Positions 17,411 through 31,657 of a DNA stretch of 64,000 nt are shown one piece after another. The position numbers and the translations under genes are program-made. The notes under the pieces were generated by a model. That model was not told the DNA's origin, ran no database searches, and saw only the letters and a program-made list of their open reading frames with translations. The first letter of the stretch is position 1. Each line of letters starts with the position of its first letter. The stretch comes from Planctomycetaceae bacterium (GTDB lineage Bacteria > Planctomycetota > Planctomycetia > Pirellulales > UBA1268), in NCBI GenBank assembly GCA_011523305.1, contig WTHB01000010.1, forward strand, positions 20,526 through 84,525, written 5' to 3'.

Positions 17411-18832
17411 ATGCATGCACCCCTCGTGGTCCTCGGTGGCGGGCCCGGTGGCTATGCGGCAGCCTTTATGGCCGCCGATCTGGGCCTCGATGTGACCCTT
17501 GTCGAGAAGGATCCGCGACTTGGGGGGACCTGCCTCTTGCGTGGCTGCATTCCCTCGAAGGCGTTGCTCCACGTTGGCCGCGTGGTGGCGGAGGCCCGGG
17601 AGATGGAGGACTGGGGGGTGCGGTTCGCGGCCCCGACCATCGACATTGATGCGGTTCGAACCCGGAAAGAGAAGGTGATTAACGCCCTGACCGGTGGGTT
17701 GGGTCAGCTCGCGCGGCGCCGCAATGTCCAGATCGTACAGGGGGAGGCCCGCTTCACCGCTTCAAACACCCTTGAGGTCGCAGCGGCAGACGGTGGCAGC
17801 CAGACGCTGACCTATGACCACTGCATTCTGGCCAGTGGGTCCCGGCCGGCGCGGATTCCGGCGTTTGACATCGGGAGCCCTCGGGTGATGGATTCGACGG
17901 GGGCCCTGGAACTGGCTGACGTGCCGGAGTCATTGCTGGTCATCGGCGGCGGGTACATCGGCCTGGAGATGGGGACGGTCTACGCGGAACTTGGATCACG
18001 GGTGTCTGTCGTTGAACTGACTGACGGTCTGCTGCCGGGTGCAGACCGTGATCTGGTCAAGCCGCTCCAGAAGCGACTGGGGAATCTTTTTGAAGCGATC
18101 CGGCTGGAGACCAAGGTGGTCCGGTTGGAGGATCGGGGCGATGGGGTCGAAGTCTTTTTCTCAGGTCCTGAAGGTGAAACGAGTCAGGTCTTCTCGCGGG
18201 TGTTGGTGGCGGTTGGCCGACGTCCCAACTCCGATGGGATCGGTCTGGAGCAGACCGGCGTCGTGGTCGACGCAAAGGGCTTTGTTGAAGTCGATGCCCA
18301 GCAGCGAACGGCCGATCCGCATATCCTCGCAATTGGTGACGTCTGCGGGGAGCCGATGCTGGCCCACCGCGCGAGCCATCAGGGCAAGGTGGCGGTTGAG
18401 GTTCTGCATGGCGAACCGGCTCTGTTTGAGCCCCGCGCGATTCCGGCAGTGGTCTTCACCGATCCAGAGATTGCCTGGGCCGGCCTCACTGAACAGGAGG
18501 CGGCTGCGACCGGCCGCGAGGTCGACGTCAGTCGGTATCCCTGGGCTGCGAGCGGTCGGGCCCATGCTTTGGGCCGCACGGACGGCCTGACTAAAATCCT
18601 CGTTGATCCCGAGACAGACGCCGTTCTGGGAGTGGGGATTGTTGGCCCGGGTGCGGGAGAGTTGATCGCTGAGGGGGCATTGGCGATTGAAATGGGCTGT
18701 TCAGCCAGGGATCTGTCTGAAACGATCCATCCGCATCCGACGCTAGGTGAAACGGTGGCCTTTTCTGCCGAGAACTATTTTGGCGTCGCAACCGAAATCT
18801 ATCGGCCCAGAACGGATGCCGCAGGCCGCTGA
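17411..18832 (+). CDS. lpdA: Dihydrolipoyl dehydrogenase (E3), copy 1
   Basis: From the Met at 17411: MHAPLVVLGGGPGGYAAAF, redox disulfide GGTCLLRGCIPSKALL, NAD site IGGGYIGLEMG, and the C-terminal HPHPTLGE dimerisation motif. Confidence 0.92.
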   Translation: MHAPLVVLGGGPGGYAAAFMAADLGLDVTLVEKDPRLGGTCLLRGCIPSKALLHVGRVVAEAREMEDWGVRFAAPTIDIDAVRTRKEKVINALTGGLGQLARRRNVQIVQGEARFTASNTLEVAAADGGSQTLTYDHCILASGSRPARIPAFDIGSPRVMDSTGALELADVPESLLVIGGGYIGLEMGTVYAELGSRVSVVELTDGLLPGADRDLVKPLQKRLGNLFEAIRLETKVVRLEDRGDGVEVFFSGPEGETSQVFSRVLVAVGRRPNSDGIGLEQTGVVVDAKGFVEVDAQQRTADPHILAIGDVCGEPMLAHRASHQGKVAVEVLHGEPALFEPRAIPAVVFTDPEIAWAGLTEQEAAATGREVDVSRYPWAASGRAHALGRTDGLTKILVDPETDAVLGVGIVGPGAGELIAEGALAIEMGCSARDLSETIHPHPTLGETVAFSAENYFGVATEIYRPRTDAAGR

Positions 18833-18931
18833 GGCGGAGGTGCCGCGAATCGCGGTGCTTTGCCCCCGCGGGCTGCGTGGTGACCTTTACGCCCGGGAGC
18901 CCGGGCAGGATAATCCTGGAAAACAGTCCTT

Positions 18932-21790
18932 GTGTTGGAGAAATCAATGGCCAGTTCCGAGGTAGACCAGTCCCAGCGTCAAGAAGCAGGTGTCGGGGCG
19001 GTCGGCACGGAAACGAGCAGCGACGGTTCCCTCCCCCAGGGAGTTCCAGGGCAGATGTCGATTGGGCAGGCGAGTAGCGGCACCAGTGGTCAGCCCACAC
19101 AGGCTGACGGTGTGGCCGTTGTTGACACCGATCCGACCGAGACGCAGGAGTGGCTGGAGTCACTCCGGTATGTGCTGGAAAGCCGCGGGGCTGACCGGGC
19201 CAGCTATCTGCTCCATGCGATCGAGCAAGAAGCGTATCGGCTCGGTGTTCAGATTCCCTTTGTTGTTACGACGCCTTACATCAACACGATTCCGACCGAC
19301 CGGCAGCCAGCCTTTCCCGGCAACCGTGATCTTGAGCGGCGGATCAAAAGCATCATTCGCTGGAATGCTATGGCGATGGTCGTGCGGGCGAATCGTGAGG
19401 ACAAGAGCATCGGTGGGCACATTTCAACATTTGCCTCCGCCGCCACGCTCTATGAAGTCGCCCTCAATCACTTCATTCGGGGCCGGGGCAATGATTACTC
19501 CGGAGACCAGGTTTACTTCCAGGGGCATGCCTCGCCCGGGATCTACTCGCGGGCCTTCCTCGAAGGGCGACTGACCGAGAAGAATCTGGAAAACTTCCGC
19601 CGTGAGTTGGCCGACGGTGGCGGGCTGTCGAGTTATCCGCACCCGTGGCTGATGCCCGGATTCTGGGAATACCCGACGGTTTCGATGGGCCTCGGTCCGA
19701 TCATGGCGATCTACCAGGCTCGCTTCAACAAATACTTGCAGGACCGTGGCATCAAAGACACCAGCCGCCAGCGGGTCTGGTGCTTCATTGGGGATGGCGA
19801 GTGCGATGAGCCCGAGACGCTGGGTGCCATCTCCCTCGCGACCCGCGAGGGGCTCGACAACCTGGTGTTTGTCATCAACTGCAACCTTCAGCGGTTGGAT
19901 GGCCCAGTGCGGGGCAACGGCAAGATCATTCAGGAACTTGAAGGAGTCTTCCGTGGTGCCGGCTGGAATGTGATCAAGGTGATCTGGGGCGAGGAATGGG
20001 ACTCCCTGTTGGCCCAGGACGAAGACGGTCTGCTCGTCAAACGCATGGGCGAGGTGGTCGACGGCCAGTACCAGAAGTATGTGGTGATGCCCGGAAGTTA
20101 CATTCGGGAGCATTTCTTCGGGACTGATCCGCGGCTGACTGAGATGGTTTCCCACCTGTCGGACGAAAAGCTGAAGAAACTGCGGCGTGGTGGCCACGAC
20201 CCCGAGAAGGTCTATGCGGCCTATCACAAGGCGGTCAATGAGCGGGACATGCCGAATCGGCCGACGGTGATCATCGCCAAGACGATCAAGGGATACGGCC
20301 TTGGCGAGGTGGGCGAAGGGCGGAATGTCACGCACCAGCAGAAGAAGCTCAACGAAGAGGAACTGCGGGCGTTCCGCTCACGGTTTGGCATTCCGATTTC
20401 TGATGACGAGGTTGCCAAGGCACCGTTCTACAAACCGGCCGATGATTCCCCCGAAATGCAGTATCTCCGTAAGCGGCGTGAGGCCCTCGGTGGGTACGTG
20501 CCCACCCGGCCTGAAACGCAACCGCTGTTGCAGACGCCTTCGCTCGACGATTACCGAGCCTTCATCGAGAAGAGTGCCGGCCGTGAGGTTTCAACCACGA
20601 CCGGTGCGGTCACGTTGATGGCCTCGCTGCTGAAGGACAAGGCCATCGGTAAGTACATCGTGCCGATCGTGCCCGATGAGTCCCGTACCTTCGGCATGGA
20701 TCCGCTCTTCAAACAGTGCGGCATTTACGCCCACACGGGCCAGCTATACGAGCCGGTTGATTCCGATCAGTTGCTTTACTACCGGGAAGCCAAGGACGGG
20801 CAGATTCTCGAGGAAGGCATCACTGAAGCGGGCAGCATGTCGAGCTTTGTTGCCGCCGGCACGAGCTACTCGAGCCACGGCGTGCCGATGATCCCGATCT
20901 TCATTTACTACTCGATGTTCGGGTTCCAGCGAATTGGTGACCTGATCTGGGCTGCCTGTGACATGCGGGCCAAGGGCTTCATGATCGGCGGCACGGCGGG
21001 GCGAACCACCCTCAACGGCGAGGGGCTTCAGCATCAGGATGGTCACAGCCATCTGTTTGCGACGGCCTACCCGACGGTGCGGGCCTATGATCCGGCCTTT
21101 GTCTATGAGGTGGCGACCATCATGCTCGATGGCATGGATCGCATGTATGCCAAGGGCGAAGACTGGATCTACTACATCACCGTCTACAATGAGAATTACG
21201 AGATGCCCCCGATGCCGCCGGGCTGCGAGGAGGGCATTCTCAAGGGCATGTACCGGCTTCGTGATGTTGCCGCCGCCAAGCCGGCTGGTGGCATGCCTCA
21301 TGTCAATCTGTTCGGCTCTGGGGCGATCCTGCGAGAGGTGCTCCGGGCGGCTGATATGCTGGCGGACTCGTGGGGCATCAGCAGCACGGTGTGGAGTGTT
21401 ACGAGCTGGAAGGAGCTCCGCCGCGGGGCCCAGGAATGCCGTCGCTGGAACATGCTGCACCCGGAGGCTGAGCCGCGAACGAGCTACCTCGAGACGACGC
21501 TGGCTGATGCGGATGGCGTGTTTGTGGCAGCCAGCGACCATGTGCGGGCGGTGCCGGAGCAGCTTGACCCCTGGATTCCCGGTGGGCTGTTCGTTCTGGG
21601 GACTGATGGCTTCGGTCGAAGTGAGACCCGGGGCGTGCTGCGGAGGCATTTCGAGGTTGATGCCGAGTGCATCGTTGTTGGCACGCTCTCTCAGTTGGCT
21701 CAGCGTGGGGCCATTGGAGCCGATCAGGTCGCCAAGGCGATTGTCGACCTGGGAATTGACCCCGACAAGGCTGACGCCGCATCGGCATGA
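18932..21790 (+). CDS. aceE: Pyruvate dehydrogenase E1 component, homodimeric type
   Basis: Conserved from DTDPTETQEWLESLRYV through the ThDP motif GDGECDEPE...NCNLQRLDG and the rest of the length. About 60 aa of S/G/Q-rich sequence precedes the conserved core. An alternative Met at 19055 would remove most of it. Confidence 0.92.
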   Translation: MLEKSMASSEVDQSQRQEAGVGAVGTETSSDGSLPQGVPGQMSIGQASSGTSGQPTQADGVAVVDTDPTETQEWLESLRYVLESRGADRASYLLHAIEQEAYRLGVQIPFVVTTPYINTIPTDRQPAFPGNRDLERRIKSIIRWNAMAMVVRANREDKSIGGHISTFASAATLYEVALNHFIRGRGNDYSGDQVYFQGHASPGIYSRAFLEGRLTEKNLENFRRELADGGGLSSYPHPWLMPGFWEYPTVSMGLGPIMAIYQARFNKYLQDRGIKDTSRQRVWCFIGDGECDEPETLGAISLATREGLDNLVFVINCNLQRLDGPVRGNGKIIQELEGVFRGAGWNVIKVIWGEEWDSLLAQDEDGLLVKRMGEVVDGQYQKYVVMPGSYIREHFFGTDPRLTEMVSHLSDEKLKKLRRGGHDPEKVYAAYHKAVNERDMPNRPTVIIAKTIKGYGLGEVGEGRNVTHQQKKLNEEELRAFRSRFGIPISDDEVAKAPFYKPADDSPEMQYLRKRREALGGYVPTRPETQPLLQTPSLDDYRAFIEKSAGREVSTTTGAVTLMASLLKDKAIGKYIVPIVPDESRTFGMDPLFKQCGIYAHTGQLYEPVDSDQLLYYREAKDGQILEEGITEAGSMSSFVAAGTSYSSHGVPMIPIFIYYSMFGFQRIGDLIWAACDMRAKGFMIGGTAGRTTLNGEGLQHQDGHSHLFATAYPTVRAYDPAFVYEVATIMLDGMDRMYAKGEDWIYYITVYNENYEMPPMPPGCEEGILKGMYRLRDVAAAKPAGGMPHVNLFGSGAILREVLRAADMLADSWGISSTVWSVTSWKELRRGAQECRRWNMLHPEAEPRTSYLETTLADADGVFVAASDHVRAVPEQLDPWIPGGLFVLGTDGFGRSETRGVLRRHFEVDAECIVVGTLSQLAQRGAIGADQVAKAIVDLGIDPDKADAASA

Positions 21791-21958
21791 ACGGAGCCAG
21801 GCGGAAAAGTTTTCCCAATCCGGTCATGGAAGGGCCAGCGTTTCCTGAAACATCTGCTAGTATTGAGGGATAGAAGAGGTGCTTCTGCTGAAGCGATGGC
21901 TGGTTGAGTGGCTGTCGTTCTGCATGGCACGGACGTTTGATTCACTGCGTGAGACAGC

Positions 21959-23293
21959 ATGGCGACAGCATTTACACTGCCCGACCTCGGGGAAAACATC
22001 ACTTCTGGCGACGTCGTTTCGGTCTTGGTGAGTGCCGGCGACACTGTTTCGGCCGGCCAGGCAGTGCTGGAGGTTGAAACCGACAAGGCTGTGATTGAGG
22101 TGCCCTGTCCGACGGCGGGCGTTGTCGGTGAAGTGCTGGTAAAGAAGGGCGAGACCGTGAATGTCGGTCAGCCACTGCTGACCATCGGAGCCCCGGGCAG
22201 TGCACCAGCGGCGAGCCCCGCTCCCGCGGCGGCTCCAGCGGCTGCTCCCGTTGAAGCCACCCCAGTCGCGCCCGCGGCACCGGTTCCCGCTGCTGCCGCA
22301 CCAACTCCGGCTGCTAGCCCTCCCTCATCGCCAGAGCCTGCACCAACACCGGCAGCAGTTGCAGCCAATGGAAAGCCAGCCCCATCCACTGCAGCCGCGG
22401 GTCCGGTGAATCCGGCAGGACCCGCCGTGCGGCGACTGGCCCGTGAACTGGGAGTCGACCTCGATCGGGTGACCGGCAGCGGGCCGGCGGGCCGAATTGT
22501 TCGCGAAGATGTGGTTGCGGCGGTCCGCCGTGGCGGGAGTCAGGGTGGCGGACAGCGGCCTGCGGCAGGTGGCAGCGAGCGGGACGATTGGGGCCCGATC
22601 CATCGCGAGCAGATGTCGCGGATGCGGAAGACGATCGCTGCCAACATGGTGCGAAGTGTCGCGACGATTCCTCACCTGACAAATTTTGACGACGCCGATG
22701 TGACCGAGTTGGAGCGGCTGCGGAAGGAAAGTGCGGCCGAGTACGCCAAGACCGATGTGAAGCTCACGGCGTTGGCCTTTGTGGTCAAGGCGGTCAGCCT
22801 TTCCCTGCGGCAGCATCCAGTTGTGAACGCTTCTGTCGACATGGATAAGGGCGAGCTAATTTACAAGGACTACGTCAATATTGGCCTAGCGGTCGATACG
22901 CCTCGTGGGCTGGTTGTGCCGGTCTTGCGGGATTGCGATCAACAGCCGATTCCGCACATCGCCAAGGCAATCGCCGAGACGGCCGAAAAAGCAAAAAATG
23001 CTCAGTACGGTGTTGAGGACCTTCGGGGTGGCACCTTCACCATCAGTAACCTCGGGGCAATCGGCGGCAGTTATTCCACCCCAATTATCAATTGGCCCGA
23101 AGTTGCAATCCTACTGGTCGGTCGATCCCGCAAGTTGCCGGTGGTGCATGAAGATCGCATTGAACCGCGACTGATGATGCCGCTGTCGCTCTCGTACGAT
23201 CACCGGGTGATCGATGGCGCCTTGGCGGCACGTTTTTTGAAGGAAATTATCGGCTATTTGGAAAGCCCCGGCCGGCTGCTGCTGGCCATGTGA
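21959..23293 (+). CDS. aceF: Dihydrolipoamide acetyltransferase (E2 of PDH): one lipoyl domain, Ala/Pro linker, PSBD, catalytic domain
   Basis: Lipoyl-Lys context [16 protein letters not shown] ([16 protein letters not shown]) and the catalytic motif [12 protein letters not shown]. Confidence 0.9.
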   Translation: MATAFTLPDLGENITSGDVVSVLVSAGDTVSAGQAVLEVETDKAVIEVPCPTAGVVGEVLVKKGETVNVGQPLLTIGAPGSAPAASPAPAAAPAAAPVEATPVAPAAPVPAAAAPTPAASPPSSPEPAPTPAAVAANGKPAPSTAAAGPVNPAGPAVRRLARELGVDLDRVTGSGPAGRIVREDVVAAVRRGGSQGGGQRPAAGGSERDDWGPIHREQMSRMRKTIAANMVRSVATIPHLTNFDDADVTELERLRKESAAEYAKTDVKLTALAFVVKAVSLSLRQHPVVNASVDMDKGELIYKDYVNIGLAVDTPRGLVVPVLRDCDQQPIPHIAKAIAETAEKAKNAQYGVEDLRGGTFTISNLGAIGGSYSTPIINWPEVAILLVGRSRKLPVVHEDRIEPRLMMPLSLSYDHRVIDGALAARFLKEIIGYLESPGRLLLAM

Positions 23294-23309
23294 CCAACGG
23301 AATCCCACC

Positions 23310-26273
<2,964 letters not shown>

Positions 26274-26423
26274 ACCCCTCATGGCTGGTCCCAAAACCTG
26301 CGGCAAAATCAGCTTGTTCCCGGGAGAACAGTGTCTCGACTATGATGCGACCTCGCCGTATTTCGCTGGCTCGACGGTGCTGACGACCGGCGGCCTCCAT
26401 TTTCCGTTTCCCCCCTCTGAGTA

Positions 26424-27707
26424 GTGAAGGATCTCATGGCCATCGAATTGAAGGTTCCAGAAGTTGGTGAATCGATTACCGAGGTCATGATCGGTGCCTG
26501 GAAGAAGGGTGTGGGTGAGCCGATTGCAGCTGATGAGTCTGTGGTCGAAATTGAGAGCGACAAGGCGACGGTGGAGTTGCCCGCCCCTGCCGCCGGCGTG
26601 ATCAGCCAGATTCTCAAGCAGGAAGGTGAACAGGCGACGGTCGGCGAGGTGATCGGCTATCTCGATACGGTCGGGGCAGCAAGTCCGCCGGCTCCCACGC
26701 CGTCTGCATCCCCCGCGGTCCAGCCGCAGTCCGTGGCCGTACGCCACCGCGAAGGCAGCACGATGATCGGCTCGGTGCAGCCCGCGACAGCCGGTGCGGG
26801 ACCGGTCATGCCAGCGGCTGCCCGCGTTCTCGGCGAGGCAGGGGTGCCTCCCCAGACGGTCTCGGGAACCGGGCCAGGAGGACGCGTCACCAAGGCTGAT
26901 GCCACCGCGGCCGTGAGCCCTCCGGCTGCACCCGTGGTTGCTCCTGCACCACCCCCTGCCGTTCCAGCAATGAGCAGCGTGACTGTACCGGCAATTTCGC
27001 CTGGTGCCCGCGAAGAGCGACCTGTCTTGATGAGTCCGATCCGGCGACGGATTGCTGAGCGACTTGTCGAGGCCCAGCACGAGGCGGCTTTGCTGACGAC
27101 ATTCAACGAGGTCGACATGACCGAGGTGATGAGTCTTCGCAAGAAGTTCAAGGATCGTTTTGCCGATCGGCATGGGGTCAAGTTGGGCTTCATGTCCTTC
27201 TTCGTGCGGGCCGCAGTGGAGGCCCTCCGAGAAGTTCCGCAGGTCAACGCAGAGTTCCGGGACCCTCACATTGTTTATCGCGACTACTGTGACATCGGCA
27301 TCGCTGTCGGTGGTGGCAAGGGGCTGGTTGTCCCAGTACTGCGAAATGCCGAACAGATGAACTTCGCCGAAATTGAGCAGGCCATCGGTGAATTCGCCCG
27401 CCGGGCGGCCGACAACAAACTGAAACTCGAAGAGTTGCAGGGTGGAACCTTCACCATTTCCAACGGTGGTGTCTACGGGTCGATGATGAGTACGCCGATC
27501 ATCAATCCTCCGCAGAGCGGGATTCTTGGACTCCATGCGATTCAGGATCGGCCGGTGGCAGTTGATGGTCAGGTGGTGATCCGCCCGATGATGTACATCG
27601 CACTGTCCTACGACCATCGGCTTGTCGATGGCCGCGAAGCAGTCACCTTCCTGAAACGCATCAAGGACACAATCGAGGACCCGAGTCGGTTGATGTTGGA
27701 GTGCTAA
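26424..27707 (+). CDS. sucB: Dihydrolipoyllysine-residue succinyltransferase (E2 of OGDH)
   Basis: Lipoyl domain ([14 protein letters not shown]), PSBD ([12 protein letters not shown]) and catalytic [14 protein letters not shown]. An alternative start at 26436 gives [13 protein letters not shown]. Confidence 0.9.
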   Translation: MKDLMAIELKVPEVGESITEVMIGAWKKGVGEPIAADESVVEIESDKATVELPAPAAGVISQILKQEGEQATVGEVIGYLDTVGAASPPAPTPSASPAVQPQSVAVRHREGSTMIGSVQPATAGAGPVMPAAARVLGEAGVPPQTVSGTGPGGRVTKADATAAVSPPAAPVVAPAPPPAVPAMSSVTVPAISPGAREERPVLMSPIRRRIAERLVEAQHEAALLTTFNEVDMTEVMSLRKKFKDRFADRHGVKLGFMSFFVRAAVEALREVPQVNAEFRDPHIVYRDYCDIGIAVGGGKGLVVPVLRNAEQMNFAEIEQAIGEFARRAADNKLKLEELQGGTFTISNGGVYGSMMSTPIINPPQSGILGLHAIQDRPVAVDGQVVIRPMMYIALSYDHRLVDGREAVTFLKRIKDTIEDPSRLMLEC

Positions 27708-27731
27708 CTTAACAGGGGAAGGGCCATCCCT

Positions 27732-27915
27732 GGCCCCTTCCCGCTTGGGCGTCATCGGGGGAAGCCAGGGTTTCCCCGATGACGCTGGCCCGCCTCGTGC
27801 GGGCCGTGGTCAGTTTGCGTGAAGTGGTCAGTCGTCGGCCCCTTCCCGCTTGGGCGTCATGGGGGAAGCCAAAGGTTCCGCCAGTGACGCAGGCCCGCCT
27901 CGTGTGGGCCATGGT
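27732..27915. repeat. Two imperfect direct copies (about 79 bp each; 27732..27810 and 27838..27915) of a hairpin-containing intergenic element (REP/MITE-like)
   Basis: Copy 1 is ggccccttcccgcttgggcgtcatcgggggaagccagggtttccccgatgacgctggcccgcctcgtgcgggccgtggt. Copy 2 is ggccccttcccgcttgggcgtcatgggggaagccaaaggttccgccagtgacgcaggcccgcctcgtgtgggccatggt. Copy 1 has a perfect 12-bp inverted repeat (27749..27760 with 27774..27785). Copy 2 is degenerate. Confidence 0.8.
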
Positions 27916-28001
27916 GAGGATGCGTAACGTGGTTGAGACGGTGGGCTGGCGAGAGCGGGTCCTGGGTTTTTTATTTGGCTGCTTAAGTTTTTGGGAAGAC
28001 A

Positions 28002-29387
28002 ATGACGCACGATCTGGTCGTAATTGGTGGGGGTCCTGGGGGATACGTAGCTGCGATTCGGGCCGCCCAACTCGGCATGAAGGTGGCTGTCGTCGAAAAA
28101 GAAGACCGTCTCGGTGGTACTTGTCTGCGGGTGGGCTGCATCCCCTCCAAGGCTCTCCTTGAGTCAAGTCACAAGTACGAACTGGCGACGGGTGAGTTGC
28201 AGCAGCACGGTGTGCGCGTGGACGGCGTCACGCTCGATCTGGCCACCATGATGAAGCGAAAGGCTGACGTCGTCACGACGCTCTCGAAGGGCATTGAAGC
28301 CCTGCTCGCCAAAAACAAAGTCACTCGCGTGAAGGGAACTGGGCGGCTTGCCGGCAGCGGACGGGTTGCAGTGACTGCGGCGGACGGCACGGTGAGCGAG
28401 TTGACGGCTCAGCGAATCATTCTCGCGGTGGGCAGTCACAGCGTGGTGTTGCCCGGTATCGAAGTTGATGGCGACCGGGTCGGCACCAGCACTGAGGCCC
28501 TCGCGTATCCCGAAGTGCCCGGACATCTGGTGGTGATCGGTGGGGGATACATCGGTCTGGAACTCGGCAGTGTCTGGCGACGACTCGGAGCCCGTGTCAC
28601 GGTGCTTGAATATTTTGACCGCATTCTCACCGGCATCGATGCAGAAATAGCGAAGGAGGCCCTGGGCCTGTTTAAGAAGCAGGGGCTCGACATTCAGTTG
28701 GGTGTGAAGGTGACGTCAGCACGGGCTGAGGCCGGGGGCTGTGTCGTTGCATGTGAGGGCCGCGAGCCGATCCACTGCGATCGGGTGCTGGCTGCGACGG
28801 GAAGAAAGCCTGCGACGGCCGACCTTGGGTTGGAGACTGTTGGTTTGTCGACCGATGAGCGAGGGTGGATTACGGTCGACGCCCAGTTCCGGACGGCGGC
28901 ACCCGGCATCTATGCCATCGGCGATTGCATTCCCGGTCCGATGCTGGCCCACAAGGCAGAAGAAGATGGCGTCGCCTGCGTCGAGGCGATGCAATCGGGC
29001 TGGTGCCACGTTGATTACGGGCTGGTGCCGGCAGTGGTCTTCACCCATCCAGAGATCGCCGCAGTGGGGCGGACAGAAGAGCAGTTGCAGGCCGATGGAG
29101 TCGCCTTCAAAAAGGGTGTGTTCCCGTATCGAGCCAATGGCCGGGCCCGCACCATCAACGACACCACCGGCAAGGTCAAACTGCTGGCCGATGCGACTAC
29201 GGACCGTGTCCTGGGTATCCATGTGATTGGACCAGCGGCTGGCGATTTGATTGGTGAGGCGGCCGCCGCCATGACCTTTGGAGCGACCGCCGAGGACATC
29301 GCCCGGGTCTGTCATGCCCACCCCACCCTGCCAGAAGTCCTCAAAGAAGCCGCCCTGGCGGCCGACGGCCGGGCGATTCATGCCTGA
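28002..29387 (+). CDS. lpdA: Dihydrolipoyl dehydrogenase (E3), copy 2
   Basis: MTHDLVVIGGGPGGYVAAIRAAQLG, GGTCLRVGCIPSKALL, IGGGYIGLELG and AHPTLPE. Clearly divergent from copy 1 outside the motifs. Confidence 0.92.
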   Translation: MTHDLVVIGGGPGGYVAAIRAAQLGMKVAVVEKEDRLGGTCLRVGCIPSKALLESSHKYELATGELQQHGVRVDGVTLDLATMMKRKADVVTTLSKGIEALLAKNKVTRVKGTGRLAGSGRVAVTAADGTVSELTAQRIILAVGSHSVVLPGIEVDGDRVGTSTEALAYPEVPGHLVVIGGGYIGLELGSVWRRLGARVTVLEYFDRILTGIDAEIAKEALGLFKKQGLDIQLGVKVTSARAEAGGCVVACEGREPIHCDRVLAATGRKPATADLGLETVGLSTDERGWITVDAQFRTAAPGIYAIGDCIPGPMLAHKAEEDGVACVEAMQSGWCHVDYGLVPAVVFTHPEIAAVGRTEEQLQADGVAFKKGVFPYRANGRARTINDTTGKVKLLADATTDRVLGIHVIGPAAGDLIGEAAAAMTFGATAEDIARVCHAHPTLPEVLKEAALAADGRAIHA

Positions 29388-29420
29388 TGGACCGGTGGAG
29401 GCTGGGGAGTGCTTTGGGCG

Positions 29421-29429
29421 TGGTAGAAT
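29421..29429 (+). promoter_or_regulatory. Extended -10-like element TGgTAGAAT upstream of tRNA-Arg
   Basis: Ends 19 nt before the mature tRNA 5' end. I could not identify a convincing -35. Confidence 0.3.
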
Positions 29430-29448
29430 CGGAGAGGTGCAGCTACAC

Positions 29449-29522
29449 GCGCCCGTAGCTCAGCTGGATAGAGCAGCGGACTTCTAATCCGCAGGTCACA
29501 GGTTCGAATCCTGTCGGGCGTA
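29449..29522 (+). tRNA. tRNA-Arg (anticodon TCT)
   Basis: Hand fold. Acceptor GCGCCCG/CGGGCGT (G-U first pair) plus A. D-arm TAGCTCAGCTGGATAGAGCA. Anticodon stem GCGGA/TCCGC with loop CTTCTAA. T-arm ACAGG-TTCGAAT-CCTGT. CCA is not encoded. Confidence 0.9.
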
Positions 29523-29581
29523 CTTTCAGGATACTTTCGTGTTGATATGAACAACAGTCCTGCAGCAGCGGCAGAGACGCC

Positions 29582-30313
<732 letters not shown>

Positions 30314-30374
30314 TTCCGGCTGGCTGCTATGCTCACGCAGGCGTCGAGCGGACACGTCCTTCTGGGCTGGAACC

Positions 30375-31655
30375 ATGACAGAGCAGACTGCTGACCAGCG
30401 TGACCGGGTGGCAGCCTTGGAGCAACTGCTGGAAATTGCCCGCCAGCTTGGTGCAACGACTGATCTGGGGGCCCTGCTTGCTGCCATTGTCGATGCCGCA
30501 ACCGACCTGCTGGGGTGCGAACGGGCGACTGTCTTTCTGTACGACCCTGATGCGCAGGAACTCTCCAGCCGGATTGCGACCGGCATTGAAGGTTCAGCCA
30601 TCTCAGAGATACGGTTTCCGGTCAACAAGGGAATCGCTGGTGAGGTGGCCCGGACCGGCGACTCGATTAACCTGCCAGATGCCTACGCCGATCGCCGATT
30701 CAATCCGGAATTCGACAAAGCCAGTGGCTTTCGCACGCGGAGCATGCTCGCCATCCCACTGACCGATCATGATGGTGCAGTTGTCGGTGTGCTTCAGGCG
30801 CTGAACAAGCGTGCGGGGCCGTTTGGAGCAGCCGACGAGGAAATTGCCCGGTTTCTTGGCAGCCAGGCGGGGGTTGCCATTCAGCGGCAGCAACTCCTTG
30901 AACACTATGCCGAGAAGCAGAAAATTCAACGCGATCTCAGTATGGCCAGTGCCATTCAGCAGGGCCTCTTGCCACGCACCAATCCCCAGTTTTCGGGGTT
31001 TGATATCGCTGGATGGAATTGCCCGGCCGATGAAACGGGGGGTGACTTTTTCGATTTCCTCGAACTCGCCGACGGAACCCTGGCGGTACTCATCGCTGAT
31101 GTCACTGGCCACGGGATTGGTCCAGCGCTGATCATGACGGAAGCCCGGGCCCTCTGCCGAGCCGCCTTGCTGGGAGGCGTCGGCTTGGAACGGGCGGTCG
31201 CCGACGTCCAACAGTTGTTATCCCTCGATGTTCCCGAAGGCCGGTTTGTCACTGCTTTTTTTGGGCTGTTGACCATGTCCGGTGGCCTCGAGTTTCTCAG
31301 CGCCGGGCAGGGGCCGGTGCTCTTCTACGATGCCTCGGCCGATCGATTCGAAGAGTTGCCAACCCACGGCCTGCCGCTGGGGCTGATGCCAGAAATTCCC
31401 CTCGAATCTTCTGAGCGGCGGCGGCTTGAGCCGGGTGATATGCTCGTGCTCTTGACCGACGGTTTCTACGAGTGCGAGCGGCCTGACGGGCAGCTGTTTG
31501 GAAAGGAGCGGGTGGAGGCGACGATCCGTCAGTGTCGGGCTGAGCCTGCCGGCGAGATCGTCACGGCCTTGGCCAATGCTGCGGCAGCCTTTGCCGAGGG
31601 AGGCGCCCAGGCAGATGACCTGACGGCAGTGATAGTCGTCCGAACGGATCCCTGA
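30375..31655 (+). CDS. GAF domain-containing PP2C/SpoIIE-family serine phosphatase (RsbU-like)
   Basis: N-terminal GAF domain (ERATVFLYDPDAQEL...GIAGEVARTGDSINLPDAY...). The C-terminal PPM motifs are GGDFFDF, IADVTGHGIGPAL, LLTDGFYE and DDLTAVIV. Confidence 0.88.
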   Translation: MTEQTADQRDRVAALEQLLEIARQLGATTDLGALLAAIVDAATDLLGCERATVFLYDPDAQELSSRIATGIEGSAISEIRFPVNKGIAGEVARTGDSINLPDAYADRRFNPEFDKASGFRTRSMLAIPLTDHDGAVVGVLQALNKRAGPFGAADEEIARFLGSQAGVAIQRQQLLEHYAEKQKIQRDLSMASAIQQGLLPRTNPQFSGFDIAGWNCPADETGGDFFDFLELADGTLAVLIADVTGHGIGPALIMTEARALCRAALLGGVGLERAVADVQQLLSLDVPEGRFVTAFFGLLTMSGGLEFLSAGQGPVLFYDASADRFEELPTHGLPLGLMPEIPLESSERRRLEPGDMLVLLTDGFYECERPDGQLFGKERVEATIRQCRAEPAGEIVTALANAAAAFAEGGAQADDLTAVIVVRTDP

Positions 31656-31657
31656 AG

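Noticed and set aside
26340-27755. 471-aa minus-strand ORF
   Set aside because: Antisense shadow of sucB in a GC-rich genome, with no recognisable motifs. The same reasoning applies to 19424..20335, 20744..21649, 23505..24059, 24366..24989, 25626..26306, 28716..29381, 29606..30628, 1253..2098, 1551..2537, 6705..7559 and the many plus-strand ORFs inside the PKS-NRPS gene.
27779-28162. Short ORFs (127 aa plus, 152 aa minus) in the sucB-lpd spacer
   Set aside because: They are generated by the repeat element and run into the lpd start. The repeated peptide segments simply mirror the DNA repeat.
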